Assembly (NCBI RefSeq): GCF_963921235.1
Contig: NC_086128.1
Span: 9,238,001-9,302,000, forward strand
Origin: Mobula hypostoma
Taxonomy: Eukaryota
Direction: 5' to 3'
Length of the DNA: 64,000 nt
A program made the translations under genes and the position numbers. Below are positions 1-13,715 of this stretch, piece by piece (position 1 is the first letter of the stretch; every line of letters begins with the position of its first letter). The notes under the pieces were generated by a model. The model ran no database searches. It saw only the letters and a list, made by a program, of their open reading frames with translations, and was not told the origin of the DNA.

Positions 1-339
1 TACTGGATCAAGGGCTTGTTGAATGTCTATTACTATTGTCAGATGCTGCAGCTGTGCTTCAGGTGGCTTCAGTTTTAATGCCACCGGCCCGCATACAATG
101 AATTAAGAGGAAAAGGGATGGGTGCAGTAAAAACAGGCAATTCAGAAACAACAGATTTTGCAACAGGAAGGCAGTAGATTGAGACAGAGAGATTCATGAT
201 GTTGGCAGAGAAAGGATTATGATGGCTTGCTTATCTTGCTCATTGAACTGAAGTATGCAGGGTTTGGGATACCTTGATTCTGAAGCCGATGTGAGAAAGA
301 GTGAGCAAATTCATGTTCTTTCTATGGATTAATTGTATT

Positions 340-2428
340 CATAGAAACATAGAAACACAGAAAACCTACAGCACAATACAGGCCCTTCGGCCCACAATGC
401 TGTGCCAAACATTTCCTTACTTTAGAAATTACCTAGGGTTACCCATAGCCCTCTATTTTTCTAAGCTCCATCTACCTATCCAGGAGTCTCTAAAAAGACC
501 CTATCGTATCTGCCTCCACCACCATTGCTGGCAGCCCATTCCACACACTTACCACCATCTGCGTAAAAAACCTACCCCTGACATCTCCTCTGTACCTACT
601 TCCAAGCACCTTAAACCTGTGCCCTCTTGTGATAGCCATTTCAGCCCTGGGAAAAAGCCTCTGACTGTCCACACGATCAATGCCTCTCATCATCTTATAC
701 ACCTCTATCAGGTCACCTCTTATCCTCCGTCGCTCCAAGGAGAAAAAGCCAAGTTCATTCAACCTATTCTCATAAGGCATGCTCCCCAATCCAGGCAACA
801 TCCTTATAAGGGTCTCGGCCTGAAACGTCGACTGCGCCTCTTCCTATAGATGCTGCTTGGCCTGCTGCGTTCACCAGCAACTTTGATGTGTGTTGCTTGA
901 ATTTCCAGCATCTGCAGAATTCCTGTTGTTAACATCCTTATAAATCTCCTCTGCACCCTTACCTGGGTTGAACTCCATCTGCCACTTCTCAGCCCAGTTT
1001 TACATCCTATCAATGTCCCGTTGTAACCTCTGACAGCCCTCCACACTATCCACAACACCCACAACCTTTGTGTCATCAGCAAGTTTACTAACCCATCCCT
1101 CCACTTCCTCATCCAGGTCATTCATAAAAATCACGAAGAGTAAAGGTCCCAGAACAGATCCGTGAGGCACTCCACTGGTGACCGACCTCCACGCAGAATA
1201 TGACCCATCTACAACCACTATTTGCCTTCTGTGGGCAAGCCAATTCTAGATCAACAAAGCAGGGTCCCCTTGGATCCCATACCTCCTTACTTTCTCAATA
1301 AGTCTTGCATGGGGTACCTTATCAAATGACTTGCTGAAATCCATGTACACTACATCTACTGCTCTACCTTCATCAACGTGTTTAGTCAGATCCTCAAAAA
1401 ATTCAATCAGGCTCGTAAGGCTCGACCTGCCTTTAACAAAGCCATGCTGACTATTCCTAATCATATCATTGCCTCTCCAAATGTTCATAAATCTTGCCTC
1501 TCAGGATCTTTTCCATCAACTTACCAACCACTGAAGTAAGACTCACTGGTCTATAATTTCCTGGGCTATCTCTACTCCCTTTCTTTAATAAGGGAACAAC
1601 ATCTACAACCCTCCAATCCTTCAGAACCTCCCCCATCCCCATTGATGATGCAAAGATCATTGTCAGAGGCTCAGTAATCTCCTCCCTCACCTCCCACAGT
1701 AGCCTGGGGTACATCTCGTCCAGTCCTGGAGACTTACCCAACTTGCTGCTTTCCAAAAGCTCCAGCACATCCTCTTTCTTAATGTCCATATGCTCAAGCT
1801 TTTCAATCCACTGTAAGTCATCCCTACAATTACCAAGATCCTTTTCCATAGTGAATACTGAAGCAAAGTATTCATTAAGTACCTCTGCTATCTCCTCCAG
1901 TTCCATACACACTTTTCCACTGTCACACTTGATTGGTCCTATTCTCTCATGTCTTATCCTCTTGCTCTTCACATACTTGTAGAATGTCTTGCTGTTTTCC
2001 TTAATCCTGTCTGCCAAGGCCTTCTCATGGCCCTTTCTGGCTCTCCTAATTTTCTTTCTTAAACTCCTTCCAGCTTGCCTTATAATCTGCTAGATCTCTA
2101 TCATTACCTAGTTTTTTGAACCTTTCGTAAGCTTTTCTTTTCTTCTTGACTAGATTTTCAATAGCCTTTGTACACCATGGTTCCTGTACCCTATCATCCT
2201 TTCCCTGTCTCATTGGAACGTACCAATGCAGAACGCCACGCAAATATCCCCTGAACATTTGCCACATTTCTGCTGTACATTTCCCTGAGAACATCTGTTC
2301 CCAATTTATGCTTCCAAGTTCCTGCCTGATAGCTTCATATTTCCACTTACTCCAATTAAACGCTTTCCTAACTTGTCTGTTCCTATCCTTCTCCAATGCT
2401 ATGGTAAAGGAGATAGAATTGTGATCAC
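340..2428 (-). mobile_element. CR1-type LINE, 5'-truncated and degenerate (RT region plus 3' tail)
   Basis: Broken ORFs with RT motifs ([43 protein letters not shown]) and the (CATAGAAA)n-type tail at 340-365. It has an internal deletion near 960 relative to the copy at 41266-44006 and is interrupted by a PLE fragment at 810-930. Confidence 0.93.
810..930 (+). mobile_element. Penelope-like element 3' fragment inserted into the CR1
   Basis: Matches the PLE terminal unit at 3633-3752. Flanked by a 13-bp TSD AACATCCTTATAA (797-809 and 931-943). Confidence 0.88.
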
Positions 2429-2961
2429 TTCCTGTGTGAAGTTTGCACCATGGAATTTCAAGAAGAGTTTTGGTGCTATGGTACATTCTTTCTTGAACCT
2501 AGACTGCACTGAGATTTGGTTTAAGTGAACCATGAGGATGATATCCCTCTAGTGTTTTAAGGTGCCTATAATGGTAGTCCATGCCCTGGAAATGCAGGTG
2601 AGCAAGGATCACCACCACCTGGTAAAAGTTCAAAGTTCACAGTAAATTTATCATCAGAGTACACACATGTAACCATGTACAACACTGAGATTCATTTTCT
2701 TGTGGGCATACTTAACAAATCTACAGAATAATAACCATAACAGAATCATTGATAAACCACCCAACTCGGGTTTTCAACCAGAGTGCAGAAGACAACAAAC
2801 TGTACAAATACAAAAGAAGAAATAATAATAATAAATAAATAAGCAATAAATATTGAGAACATGAGATGAAGAATCCTTGAAAGTGAATCCATTGGTTGTG
2901 GAACACACATCAAAGTTGCTGGTGAACGCAGCAGGCCAGGCAACATCTCTAGGAAGAGGTA

Positions 2962-2999
2962 CAGTCGACGTTTCAGGCCGAGACCCTTCGTCAGGACTA
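2962..2999 (-). ncRNA. Minimal type I hammerhead ribozyme motif (PLE-borne)
   Basis: The minus strand reads TAGTC-CTGACGA-A-GGGTCTCGGCCT-GAAAC-GTC-GACTG: catalytic core CUGANGA/GAAA, stem II, GUC triplet, and stem I TAGTC/GACTG. Confidence 0.72.
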
Positions 3000-3619
3000 A
3001 CTGAAGGAAGAGCTAGTAAGAGATTTGAAAGTGGGAGGGGGAGGGGGAGATCCAAAATGATAGGAGAAGACAGGAGGGGGAGGGATGGAGCTAAGAGCTG
3101 GACAAGTGATTGGCAAAGGGGATATGAGAGGATCATGGGACAGGAGGCCTGGGGAGAAAGACAAGGGGGGGGGGGAAACCCAGAGGATGGGCAAGGGGTA
3201 TAGTCAGAGGGACAGAGGGAGAAAAAGGAGAGTGAGAGGAAGAATGTGTGTATAAAAATAAATAATGGATGGGGTACGAGGGGGAGGTGGGGCATTAGCA
3301 GAAGTTAGAGAAGTCAATGTTCATGCCACCTCCCCCTCGTACCCCATCCGTTATTTATTTTTATACACACATTCTTTCTCTCACTCTCCTTTTTCTCTCT
3401 CTGTCCCTCTGACTATACCCCTTGCCCATCCTCTGGGTTTTCTCCCCTTCCCACTTGTCTTTCTCCCTGGGCCTCCTGTCCCATGATCCTCTCGTATCCC
3501 TTTTGCCAATCATCTGTCCAGCTCTTGGCTCCATCCCTCTCCCTCCTGTCTTCTCCTATCATTTTGGATCTCCCCCTCCCCCTCCCACTTTCAAATCCCT
3601 TACTAACTCTTCCTTCAGT

Positions 3620-3657
3620 TAGTCCTGACGAAGGGTCTCGGCCTGAAATGTCGACTG
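3620..3657 (+). ncRNA. Minimal hammerhead ribozyme motif (GAAAT variant)
   Basis: TAGTC-CTGACGA-AGGGTCTCGGCCT-GAAAT-GTC-GACTG, with one C>T change after GAAA. Confidence 0.6.
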
Positions 3658-4129
3658 TACCTCTTCCTAGAGATGCTGCCTGGCCTGCTGCCTTCACCAG
3701 CAACTTCGATGTGTGTTGCTTGAATTTCCAGCATCTGCAGAATTCCTGTTGTTTGTATTGGTTGTGGGATCATTTCAATGATGGGCAAGTGAAGTTGAGT
3801 GAAAATCAGTCCTGCCGAAGGGTTTCAGCCCGAAAAGTCGACTGTACACTTTTCCATAGATGCTGAATTCCTCCAGCATTTTGAGTGTGCTGCTTGGACT
3901 TCCAGCATCTGCAGATTTTTGCTTGTCCTTGGTTCATTGTGACTGGTCCTTGACCTCAGTGTCATTTTCCTGCACTAACCCTAGATCCCACAACATCCCC
4001 AAATCTATAGCTCACTGTTTTGAATGCACTCACAAACTGAACCTTATTGCTCTCCTGGATAGAGAACTCCAAAGATTTACCACTGGGTGAAGATGTTTCT
4101 TCCCATCTCTGTCCAGAATAACCGATAGC

Positions 4130-4235
4130 ACCTTGAGGAAACCCATGCGGTCATGGACAGAATGTACAAACTCCTTACAGCTTCTGGTACTGTAAAGCAT
4201 TGCGCTAACCACTAACCACTATGCTACCATGCCGC
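4130..4235 (-). mobile_element. V-SINE (HE1-like) fragment
   Basis: Similar to the SINE copies at 12620-12845 and 28480-28965 (GGAAACCCATGCGGTC...ACAAACTCCTTACAG). Confidence 0.55.
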
Positions 4236-7200
4236 CCCCCCAAAATGATCTTCAGGCATTACATACTGTAGTTCATGAATGCTCTGATATAACTGACATA
4301 TGAAGAATGGTCATATGTATAAAAAATCAATTGAATGCAAAGAACAGTGACAGCAAAATATAAGTTTATTTGGTCACAGTATGTGTAAAAGTGTTAAATT
4401 GCAGAATTGAACTGTATGGTCTAGATTTCTGATCAAAGCTGTTTATAGCAAACTGGTTCGACTTCATTTAATCTAATTTACGGTTCAGATGTAAACACAC
4501 CTCTTGATTAGAAACATGAAAGGATACACCAATTTACCACACCTATTTTTTTTCAATCCTACAATTAAGGATTTCAATGACATATATTGAAGGTATTCAT
4601 CTAGCAGTTTTTCCAGGAGTAGCCAAGCACCATTAGGAGAACAATTTAATAAAAAGTGACATAGTATCAGGTACTTAGTGATCGAGAGCCGCGGTTTACA
4701 CTGATCCACCAATGCAATTATAACACACTCTCAGACTACATGGAAATCCATGATTAAGTTTTTGCTATAACCTGTACTCATACAGTCCCTTCCATGATCT
4801 TCAGACATAAAAAACACTTCCTAGCTAAGTAAGTACCTTCAGAAGTGTAATCACAGTTGTAATTTAGGCAAATAGATACAAGTCTGCCCTCACAAGATCC
4901 CTCAGTCAGCAATCGCATAAATGGTCACCAATTTTTAGGTGTGATCAAAGAATAAGTACCCCCCCCCCATTCCTCTTTAAAGAGTGTCTATGTGTGATTG
5001 GCATATTAAATTGCTACTATCTTAAAACCTTCAGTCATATCCTCCTTCCATCTTCTAGCCTCATGAAAATACAAGCCAGATTTATGTAATCTGTGACGTG
5101 AATCCACTGCAGCGGTATTTCACAAGGAGACATAAACTTAAAATTAGAGTTGATCATTCAGGACTGTAATCAGGAAGCATTTTCCACAAAAAGAACAGCA
5201 ATAATCTGGAAGGTGGTCCACCAGATCACCATGGGAATATGCGAGATGGAAGTAGGAGCAGGCTCTCTGACTGACCAGGTTCTCCTCCATTCAATAGCAT
5301 CTGCAATCCAATGTCATAAACCTACCAACCGCAGATATAAATATTATCAATAAATAAGCATCCATGACCCTCTAATAAGGAATTCCAAAGATTCGTAACC
5401 ACCTAATTACAGAAATGTCTCCTCAACTCATTTCGAGTTGGTCAACCCCTTATCCTCAGTTTATTCCCTGTTTCTTGGCTCTCCAACAAGTGGAAAAAGC
5501 CTCTTAGCATCTGCCTATTGGGATTTTATTTATTTCAAGACTGGCTCTCCTTTTTCTAAACTCAAGTGAAAATAAGTCCAAATCCATCAGCATCAGATAA
5601 CCCCCTCATATCCTTGGTTCCAATGATAGACAATATCCATGGAACAGTGTACCAGTGAGAAGCAGAATGCAGGGAACCCAAACCCTTTTTGAGGGGTGGT
5701 ACCTGTAAAATTGGCCTCCAGTGAAATACATTGCCTTAGAGACCCAAACTACAAAAAGGAGCAATGCCCACAAAACCAGACCCCAATGTCTAACAGCAAA
5801 CATAGAACTAGTTGAGAGCTAACAACCAGAACATAGACATCGACATGAGACAGTACCATGGAATATGAACCCCAGTGAGCCATGGTGTTCATCCAACTGA
5901 CCTCAGTGAAAGGTATTGAATGCAGAACCTGATCCCCAAGAAGGGTTAATCCTGAACCCAGGAAGAGAGCTTTTAAAAAGTTAAAAGTTAAAGTAAATAT
6001 ACTACCCATAGCAATGGTGGAAGAAGATTGATTAGTATTTCCCAATTAATTATATCCTTGAAATTTTTTTTCCTGGTGAAGATGGGTAAATTGCAATGAA
6101 GAAAGACTAACTGGGGATTTCTATCTAAGAGGTGGTACAATTGTGAGCTGAAAGGCTCCTGCTATTTTGTAGTATTCTATTATGAATTCAAATCCTATTA
6201 TTTTGTCAAAGACATTCAATCTCTGAGGCAAGAAGCAGCAACTTGGATGGTGCCTACTGCCTCCTCATATATACACCAACGGACCAGCAGCAAGCAGACA
6301 GAATCTGGCAGCTCAGAAATTTAACTTTGATAAATATACTTAATTACTTACATTGACTTCAAACTTAGAAATCTAGAAATACTGATCCGTCCGTGTTCCT
6401 TCACTATTTGCTCTAAACCAGTTTTGATTCTTCTTCCAGTTTCACAGCACAGGCAGGTCATACTTTCTACATCCAATCAGGTTTAGAAATAAAACTGGGC
6501 AGGGAACAGCTGCACATACAGGTAGCTGCACCGTCCCACTCTACATAAATCTCAGTAGTCAGTAATCAGTAATCATATACGGAAGACAACCCGCCCACAT
6601 AACATAATCTGTCAAAGAGTGGAAACACCAATATCTGACATAAGTAGACATAGTCAAAAGATTGGGGGTTTTCATTTCAAACTGAGGCATGTAGGAACTT
6701 CTTTTTTAAATACCTCAAAGATTATTCAGCAGATTTAAAGAGGAGACAAATATTTTTGTAAAAAAGTGAGGAATTCAAGGATCTGTGGAACTAGCATATT
6801 AGAGGAGTTGAGAGTTGAGAAAGATCAACCATGATGATATTGAATGGTAGGGGAGGTTTGTGAGGCCAATTGACCTAATGCCACTTCTATTATTTTTATG
6901 TTTTTATGTTCCCCACCCTGACATGCCCCACTTCACTCCACACACCCACCAGCCATCTGTCCCTCAAGGTCCCAGCTCACCAAATGCACAGCCACACCAA
7001 GTCCCTGTGCATCTTAACTCACCCTACAGACACCAACCTGTAGGGTCCAAGACATCTTCAAGGAGCGGTGAAAGGCAACGTCCATCACTAAGTACCCCCA
7101 CCACCCAGACATGCCTTGTTCTCATTGGAAAGGAGGTAAGAAACCTGAAGACACACACTCAATGATTCAGGAAAGCTTTTTCCCTCTGCCATATGATTCC

Positions 7201-8209
7201 TAAATGGACATTGAACCCATGAACACTATCTCAGTACTTTTCTTAATATACAGTATACTACTTCTGTTTTGCACTATCTTAATCTATTTAATATACACAT
7301 ATATATTTACTGTAATTGATTTACTTATTTATTTTTTACTTTCTATATGATCATATATCACATTGTACTGCTGCTGCTAAGTTAACACATTTCACAACAC
7401 ATGCCAATGATAATAAATCTGATTCTGATTCTAATTCTCAACTTGTCCTGGACTATTGCAGCTCACCTCACACACAGCAGCCATCACTGGCTTGCCCTAG
7501 TTAACCCCTAAACCACCAGCAGTCACTCATTGCAGTCATAGTTTTACAGCACACAAAAAGGCCCTTCCATCTTCCATATCCATGTCAACCTTTTATTACC
7601 CAACCACACGAATCCCTCATACCAGCACTTGATCCATAGCCTTCTATATCTTGGTGAACAAACCTGTGGGATTATTGACTTTCCTTGGCATTCAGATCTC
7701 AGCCACAACACTGAACTCCTCATGTGTGAAGCCAACTTTTGATTAACACTTCTACTTGAGGTGATTTACTATCAGTGTCTTTTCCCTCATCAGCACAATG
7801 ATAAGGACTGAGAATAAGGGGCCAATTTTGCTCTTGTAACAATCCAGTCCCTGGACTATGAAACTCCAGAAAACGTGGCAGAGGCATGTAACACCACAAC
7901 TCCACTCAGTCACACATCAGCCATCGTATTGGTATTGGTATTAGTATATTATTGTCACATGCGCCAAGATACAGTGAAAAGCTTGTCTTGCATACTGTTC
8001 ATACAGATCAGATCATTACACAGTGAATTGAGCTGGAATACGGTAAAACAATAACAACGCAGAATAAAGTGTAAAAGCTACAGAACAAGTGCAGTGCAGG
8101 TAAATGATAAACTGCAAGATCATAACAAGGTAGATTATGAGGATAAGAGTCCATTTATTGTACAAGAGGTCCGTCCGACAGTCTGAAGCTGTCCTTGAGC
8201 TTGGTGGTA

Positions 8210-9044
8210 CGGTGGATTCCATTTAATTGCACCATCGGTTAATCAGAGCAGCCACTTATTTGGGACAGCTCTTAAAGAACTAATCGAGAAAATAGCCGAG
8301 ATTCCATTTGTTTATTTGGAACACAATGCTACTTATTTGAGACAGGAGACTGTTGCCGAACAGTTTCTAATTAGCGTCAGTCATGTGCACCTGTGTGGCC
8401 GTTAGACACTACACCGTGCTTCAAGTGAACAGTTTTTAAATAGCATCAGTTGCATGTGTTTGTGTTCAAGAAGTAGTGAATTTTGTCACCGATAGTTGGC
8501 AAGAAATAAACAGTAAGACAATTCAAATCTGTTTTGCTCACTACGGTTTCAAGCTTCCGGACTTGGAGACGCCAGAAATGGCTGGAAGTGAAAATGAAAC
8601 AATTTCATTACTTCAACAAGTTCGGACCTATGAAGAACTTGAAGGTATTGACAATCAACTTGAAAGTTACAATGAAACTGAAGATTTGGAGGATGCAATA
8701 ATCGAAAGCATTGTATGAAAGCAGCCATTATCTCCACTAGGTATCTACACTGATTTTATTCATTTACAGTCAACCAAAAGAACAAAGCTGCATACACTGG
8801 ATTAATTCCTCCGTCAATAACTATTAGGAACAAATACACGGTATTATAATACTGTATTAGTATTGATACTGTTCTAATTTGTTCTGTATTTCATTTAAAT
8901 ATATAATTTCTTACTCAGTTAAATGGTAGTTTGCCTTTTTTATAACTTTTACTATTTTCATGAAACTTTGGTTAATTGGGGCAGCCACTTAATTGGGCCA
9001 AAATGTACTCGTCCCAATGTGTTCCAATTAACCAGAATCCACTA
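8210..9044 (+). mobile_element. Tigger/pogo-like (Tc1-mariner superfamily) non-autonomous DNA transposon
   Basis: Imperfect TIRs CGGTGGATTCCATTTAATTG and CAATTAACCAGAATCCACTA, with TA on the left. The internal ORF 8476-8718 (SWQEINSKTIQICFAHYGF followed by an acidic tail) resembles a pogo transposase C-terminus. It splits a Rex-derived repeat at about 7930-9300. Confidence 0.8.
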
Positions 9045-12000
9045 TGTATGCTTTCAGTCCTTTGTATTTTCTGTCCAGTGAGAGAGGGGAGAAGAGAGAG
9101 TGTTTGGAGTGGGTGAGGTCTTTGATTATGGTGGCTGCTTTACTGAGGCAGCAAGAAGTGTAGACAGAGTCAATAGAGGGAAGGCCAGTTCCTGTGATGT
9201 GCTGAGCTGTATCCACAACTCTGCAGTTTCTTGTGAGCACATGCACAACAGTTGCTATACCAAACTGTTATGCATCCAGACGGAATGCTTTCTATGGTTC
9301 AGTAGTAACATAACATTCTTGTCTCTGAGTCAGGCCATGGAATTTCACCACAGTAACAAGCACATAACTTTGGCACCAACTGGCAGTGTTGCCATGCGGA
9401 TGATGTGGTAACAGAAGGTTTGATCTGCCTTCTCAAATAGATTTAATGAATCCATCTGATCCTATGCAATCCCATAGGATGAAAACAATCTCTGCATCCT
9501 GGCTGTTACTTAATGCTCATACGCCAACCATCAGTAATTTGATGATTACTTCATGCTGGTATGTATCCATGTGGAGATGATGCTGATGACTAAACTTCAA
9601 GAACTTTTAATTCTCTTGGGAAGTCTTGAGTATATTATACTGTTAGCCAGTAGAGAGATCTATAACTAGAAGATATAAAGATGGGAATCATTGCTATAAT
9701 CAAGGGCCAGTCTTCAACTACTTCTATTGAATAGATTTATACCTACATGCAGTCTGAAATCATAAAGTACAGCAAAGACCACTCTGTATGTGGAAGAGCA
9801 GCAGTACTGTTACATAATAGACAGCCATTTGACCCTATATTTCTGTAACAATTGGTTTCCCAATGTGCACATGTATAGTATATAGATATACACCTCTTTT
9901 ATAGCAAGCCTACAATTCTTTTCCTACATTGCTCACAACAATGACCTAGAGATTGATCAGTAACTTCTGGAGACAAGGATAACCTTGGGGAGTTGGCAAC
10001 CCTACAAGTGAAATAATCTTGCTCTTCTTCAGCATTCACTCAGAACTGAAGATGGCTTATTTGTTTTCACCATGCCTTTGTGGGTTCTGACTGGCTAATG
10101 AATCCGGTAAAGGATCTGCATACTCTTTTACAGGACGCTGAAGGGAGGCCGCTTGGTAGTTACTGGTGTTGTGTATTCCTTCTGCTCCTTACATCAGTTT
10201 TCTGCATGCTTCCAATGCATGGACTCCAGGTTCTCAATCTTTTCCCAAATGCTCTTCTACATTCATGGGCCAGAGACTCCCACCAGTTATTGGAGAAGCT
10301 GCAACTTTCTTAAGGAGGCTTTAAGCACATCCTTGAACCATTTCCTCCAGCTGCACCCCGATAATCCCTTCTCATGACAGATCTCAGAATAGCATCTATT
10401 TCAGGAGTCTGATATCAGGCATCTGAATGCAGCAGTCTGAGTGTAATTAGGGCCACAATGCTGGAACGTTGGCCTGGCAGAAGACACTGATATTGGTTTG
10501 GATGTCCCTCCTGTAAGCTTTGAGAATTTTGCAGAGGCAGCATTAGAGATATGATTCCACAATATTAGGTGTCTACTATTGGTAGTCCAGGTCCCAGCAG
10601 ACCATGAGCTTTGTGCCAGCTCTCAAATACTAAAATAGTGGACAGCAGCTGACACACAAATGTAACAAATTCTCAGCCTTTAATTTCTCATTCATGTTCT
10701 GATAAATACCTCCCAACTATTGTTGGATCACTCAGTCATAAAGTGTTCTGATCTGCTCCACTTTAGCAAAAACGGGTCAAAAATATTGGTAAAAGCAATA
10801 TAGATCTGTGGTCAGATAGCGATAGTTATCTGAGATGGGCCTTCTGTTTCTATGTATTTTGTGATTTAATGATTAGCGTTCAGACACCAGGTTATTTGTT
10901 ACTTGTGCACCTTGGATTAGGGAAGCAGTACATGCCTGCCCTCTAGAGGACTACATGAGTAAATGCACAGGAATAAATGTCACACATCAGGAAAGTGGAT
11001 GTAAGTTATATGTTGTTTCCAGCTAAAAAAAAAGCTAGATGAAGATGAAGAAGCACAGTTGGAATGTCATAGTCTCACTAATTTCACATCAGTAGAGAAA
11101 GGATACTTGGGAAATTAGTAGGAGTAATTATTTGAATAGGGAAGGATATGGTGTTATAAATTTATCAAAAGCAAATTTATTTTTATTCACTTTCCAAATC
11201 TAGGCATAGTTGGAGAGGCCAGCACTCACTAGTCAGTTGTCAAGAGAAAACACAGTGATATAGGAGATTTCCCAGTCGCAGGAATAGGCTGGATGGAACA
11301 GAGGGAACTAGAAATTCTGTCATGCAGCTCCCAAACAAGGTGCAATGTTGCACCCCTTTCTGAGATTCCGAGCATCCATTGGGAAATTTAACATCCAAAT
11401 TTGCACTGGGACTCTTTTTCCCTGCTGAAAAACTCCCAGAAATGATGTCAACAATTGCCTAATGCTCCAAATTCACCTCCAGTATATTTTTCAAGCCCAG
11501 AGGTCTGAAAAATGGCAGTTTTTATTGGCTCTCGAAATTGCCAGCTTTTAAAAATTGGCATTGTCCTGAAATAATGGGCCACCTATTTTTTTTATCTTTA
11601 ATAAGATGTGGACTACCCTGACCTCAAGTACAGCATCTACTTCTACTTACAATGACCCAGAAGGAATCTCAGGAGAGGCAGTATCATTAGTCTCACCACA
11701 CACCACCCCCCATCTCCCTGTACCCCTGCAGTTATTCTCTCTCACATGCCCAACAACAGCCCTTTCAACTTTTTTATTAAAGTTAATAAAATAATACAGT
11801 AGCCAGCTAATTCACCAGCATATAGTGTTTGGAAGTAAACCAAATCCATGTGGTCATAGAAAAAAGGTGCAAACTCCATGTAGAGTGTGCCCAAGGTCAC
11901 ATAAAGAAGCATAAGAGAGTAACACAAAGTAAGTCACCACTCTGCCACCCTCTCATGTGACTGGATTGCTTTTCCCATAGAAGTCAAGTTTAGGGTCACT

Positions 12001-12619
12001 GTTTGCTTCTTAGTTTGGTATGATCTTCATCACACCTCACTTCACTGCTTCACTGATGCATTAGGGAGGTCACCAAGGTCAATAAGAGAAGGTCATTGTT
12101 TTCCCTCGACTCCTGACCAACACAGTAGCTTCCCAGGAGAGGTGAGAAACTCAGGGTGAATAAATCTGAGAAACTCCTCTTCAGTGCAGACTGGGCACAT
12201 AAATGTGCCAGTATTGCAGGCTTCCCCAAAGCGCTGGTGCTCACAAACTGCAATCATGTAGTATTACTTCTTGAAGAGACTTCCCTGACACACCCTTGTG
12301 GGTATTGTTCTTCACCAGTCTTCCAAAGTCCCTCTTACTCCTGTATAGCACATCAGTCACCTCTATCCCCCACCCACGCACCACACCAATTATTCAAGCA
12401 ACCATTCATTAAGTAGTAATCCTCCCCAGTAGCCCGAAGAGTACATCTTGTACATCTCTGACCAATTTGGCTATCAAGTCTCAGTTACTTAGCTACACAC
12501 TGGCAGCAAGGAGACTTGGAACAGATACAAGGCAGCATTAAAACAGGGAAACTCAATAACATTGTGTGAACCTTGCTGTTGAAGATTGCTAAATTAATGC
12601 TAAATTATTAACTCTGATT

Positions 12620-12845
12620 ACCGCCATTGTCTATAAGGAGTTTGTCCATTCTCCCCGTGACCATGTGGGTTTCCTCCAGGTGCTCCAGTTTTCTCCCACA
12701 GTCCAAAGACATACCGGTTGGTAGGTTAATTGGTCATTGTAAATTGTCCCATGACTAGGCTAGGATTAAATTGGGGAATTGCTGGATAGCCTGGCTTGAA
12801 TGCCCAAGAGGGCCTATTCTGCGCGTATCTCAATAAATAAATAAA
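12620..12845 (+). mobile_element. V-SINE (HE1-like) fragment
   Basis: V-domain-like GTGGGTTTCCTCCAGGTGCTCCAGTTTTCTCCCACAGTCCAAAGAC and an (AATA)n tail. Confidence 0.7.
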
Positions 12846-12989
12846 TTCTCTCTCCACAACTGTTACCTACCATGTTGGTTTTGTGTCAGGTTTCAAGCAT
12901 CTGCAGCATTTTGCTTTGAAGGTGTTACCAGATATTCATATAGTCCTTCTATGGGTATGGATATCCATCCAACTCTAATCCTAGGAATG

Positions 12990-13715
12990 TACATCTCGCA
13001 CAATCTCTCATCCTACACAGTCAGGGAAGCTCACCAATGCCTCTACCTTCTGAGGAGGCTGAAGAGAGCTAGACATGCACATCTATACTTATGTCCCTTG
13101 ACTTCTGACTAATCCTGACCAAGCAGAGGTGAGCAACTCAAGGTGCCCAGTAGAGAGCATCCTAACAAGCTGCATTACACCGCGGTACAGAAACTGCACT
13201 ACGATGGACAGGAAGGCTCTGCAATGGGTAGTCGAAACTTCCCAACATTGGCAGCAGCCTACCCACCATCAAGGATACATATACGGAAAGGTGTCGGGAA
13301 AAGGCCAATAACATCATGAAGGATCCCACCCACCCACCCTGGTCATGGACTGTTTGTCCCACTCCTATCAGACAGGAGGCTACATAGCATCCACACCACG
13401 ACCACCAGACTCAGAAACTGTTACTATCCCCAAGCAGTAAGGCTGCTCAACCCACCCCCCCCCCACCCCACCATGCTCCCCGCCACCACTACTTTATCAT
13501 TTCCTGTCAGGGTCACCTTATGTACAGACACTCCTGTGCCCACTGTCACTTTATGGACATACAATCAATTTAGGTATATAAGCTATCTTATGTATTTATA
13601 TTTATTGTGTTCTTTATCTTCTTATGTTTTTCTTTGTATTGCATCAGATACAGGGTAACAATTATTTTGTTCTTCCTTACACTTGTGTTTTGGACATGAC
13701 ATTAAACAATCTTGA
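12990..13715 (+). mobile_element. Rex1/Babar LINE 3' fragment, degenerate
   Basis: Translates to PVESILTSCITPRYRNCTTMDRKALQWVV, typical of the Rex/Babar RT C-terminus, followed by a 3' UTR ending ATTAAACAATCTTGAATCTT. Confidence 0.65.

Larger units (their letters stand above)
2902..3756. mobile_element. Penelope-like element insertion made of two inverted terminal units
   Basis: 2902-3324 is a minus-sense unit and 3325-3756 is its inverted copy. 11-bp TSD ATTGGTTGTGG (2891-2901 and 3757-3767). The host is a Rex/Babar-derived 3' sequence similar to 39870-40125. Confidence 0.88.

Noticed and set aside
12100-12260. Cys-rich short minus-strand frame (VCEHQRFGEACNTGTFMCPVC)
   Set aside because: Short, no convincing splice sites. 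May be a decayed LINE ORF1 zinc finger but cannot be supported.
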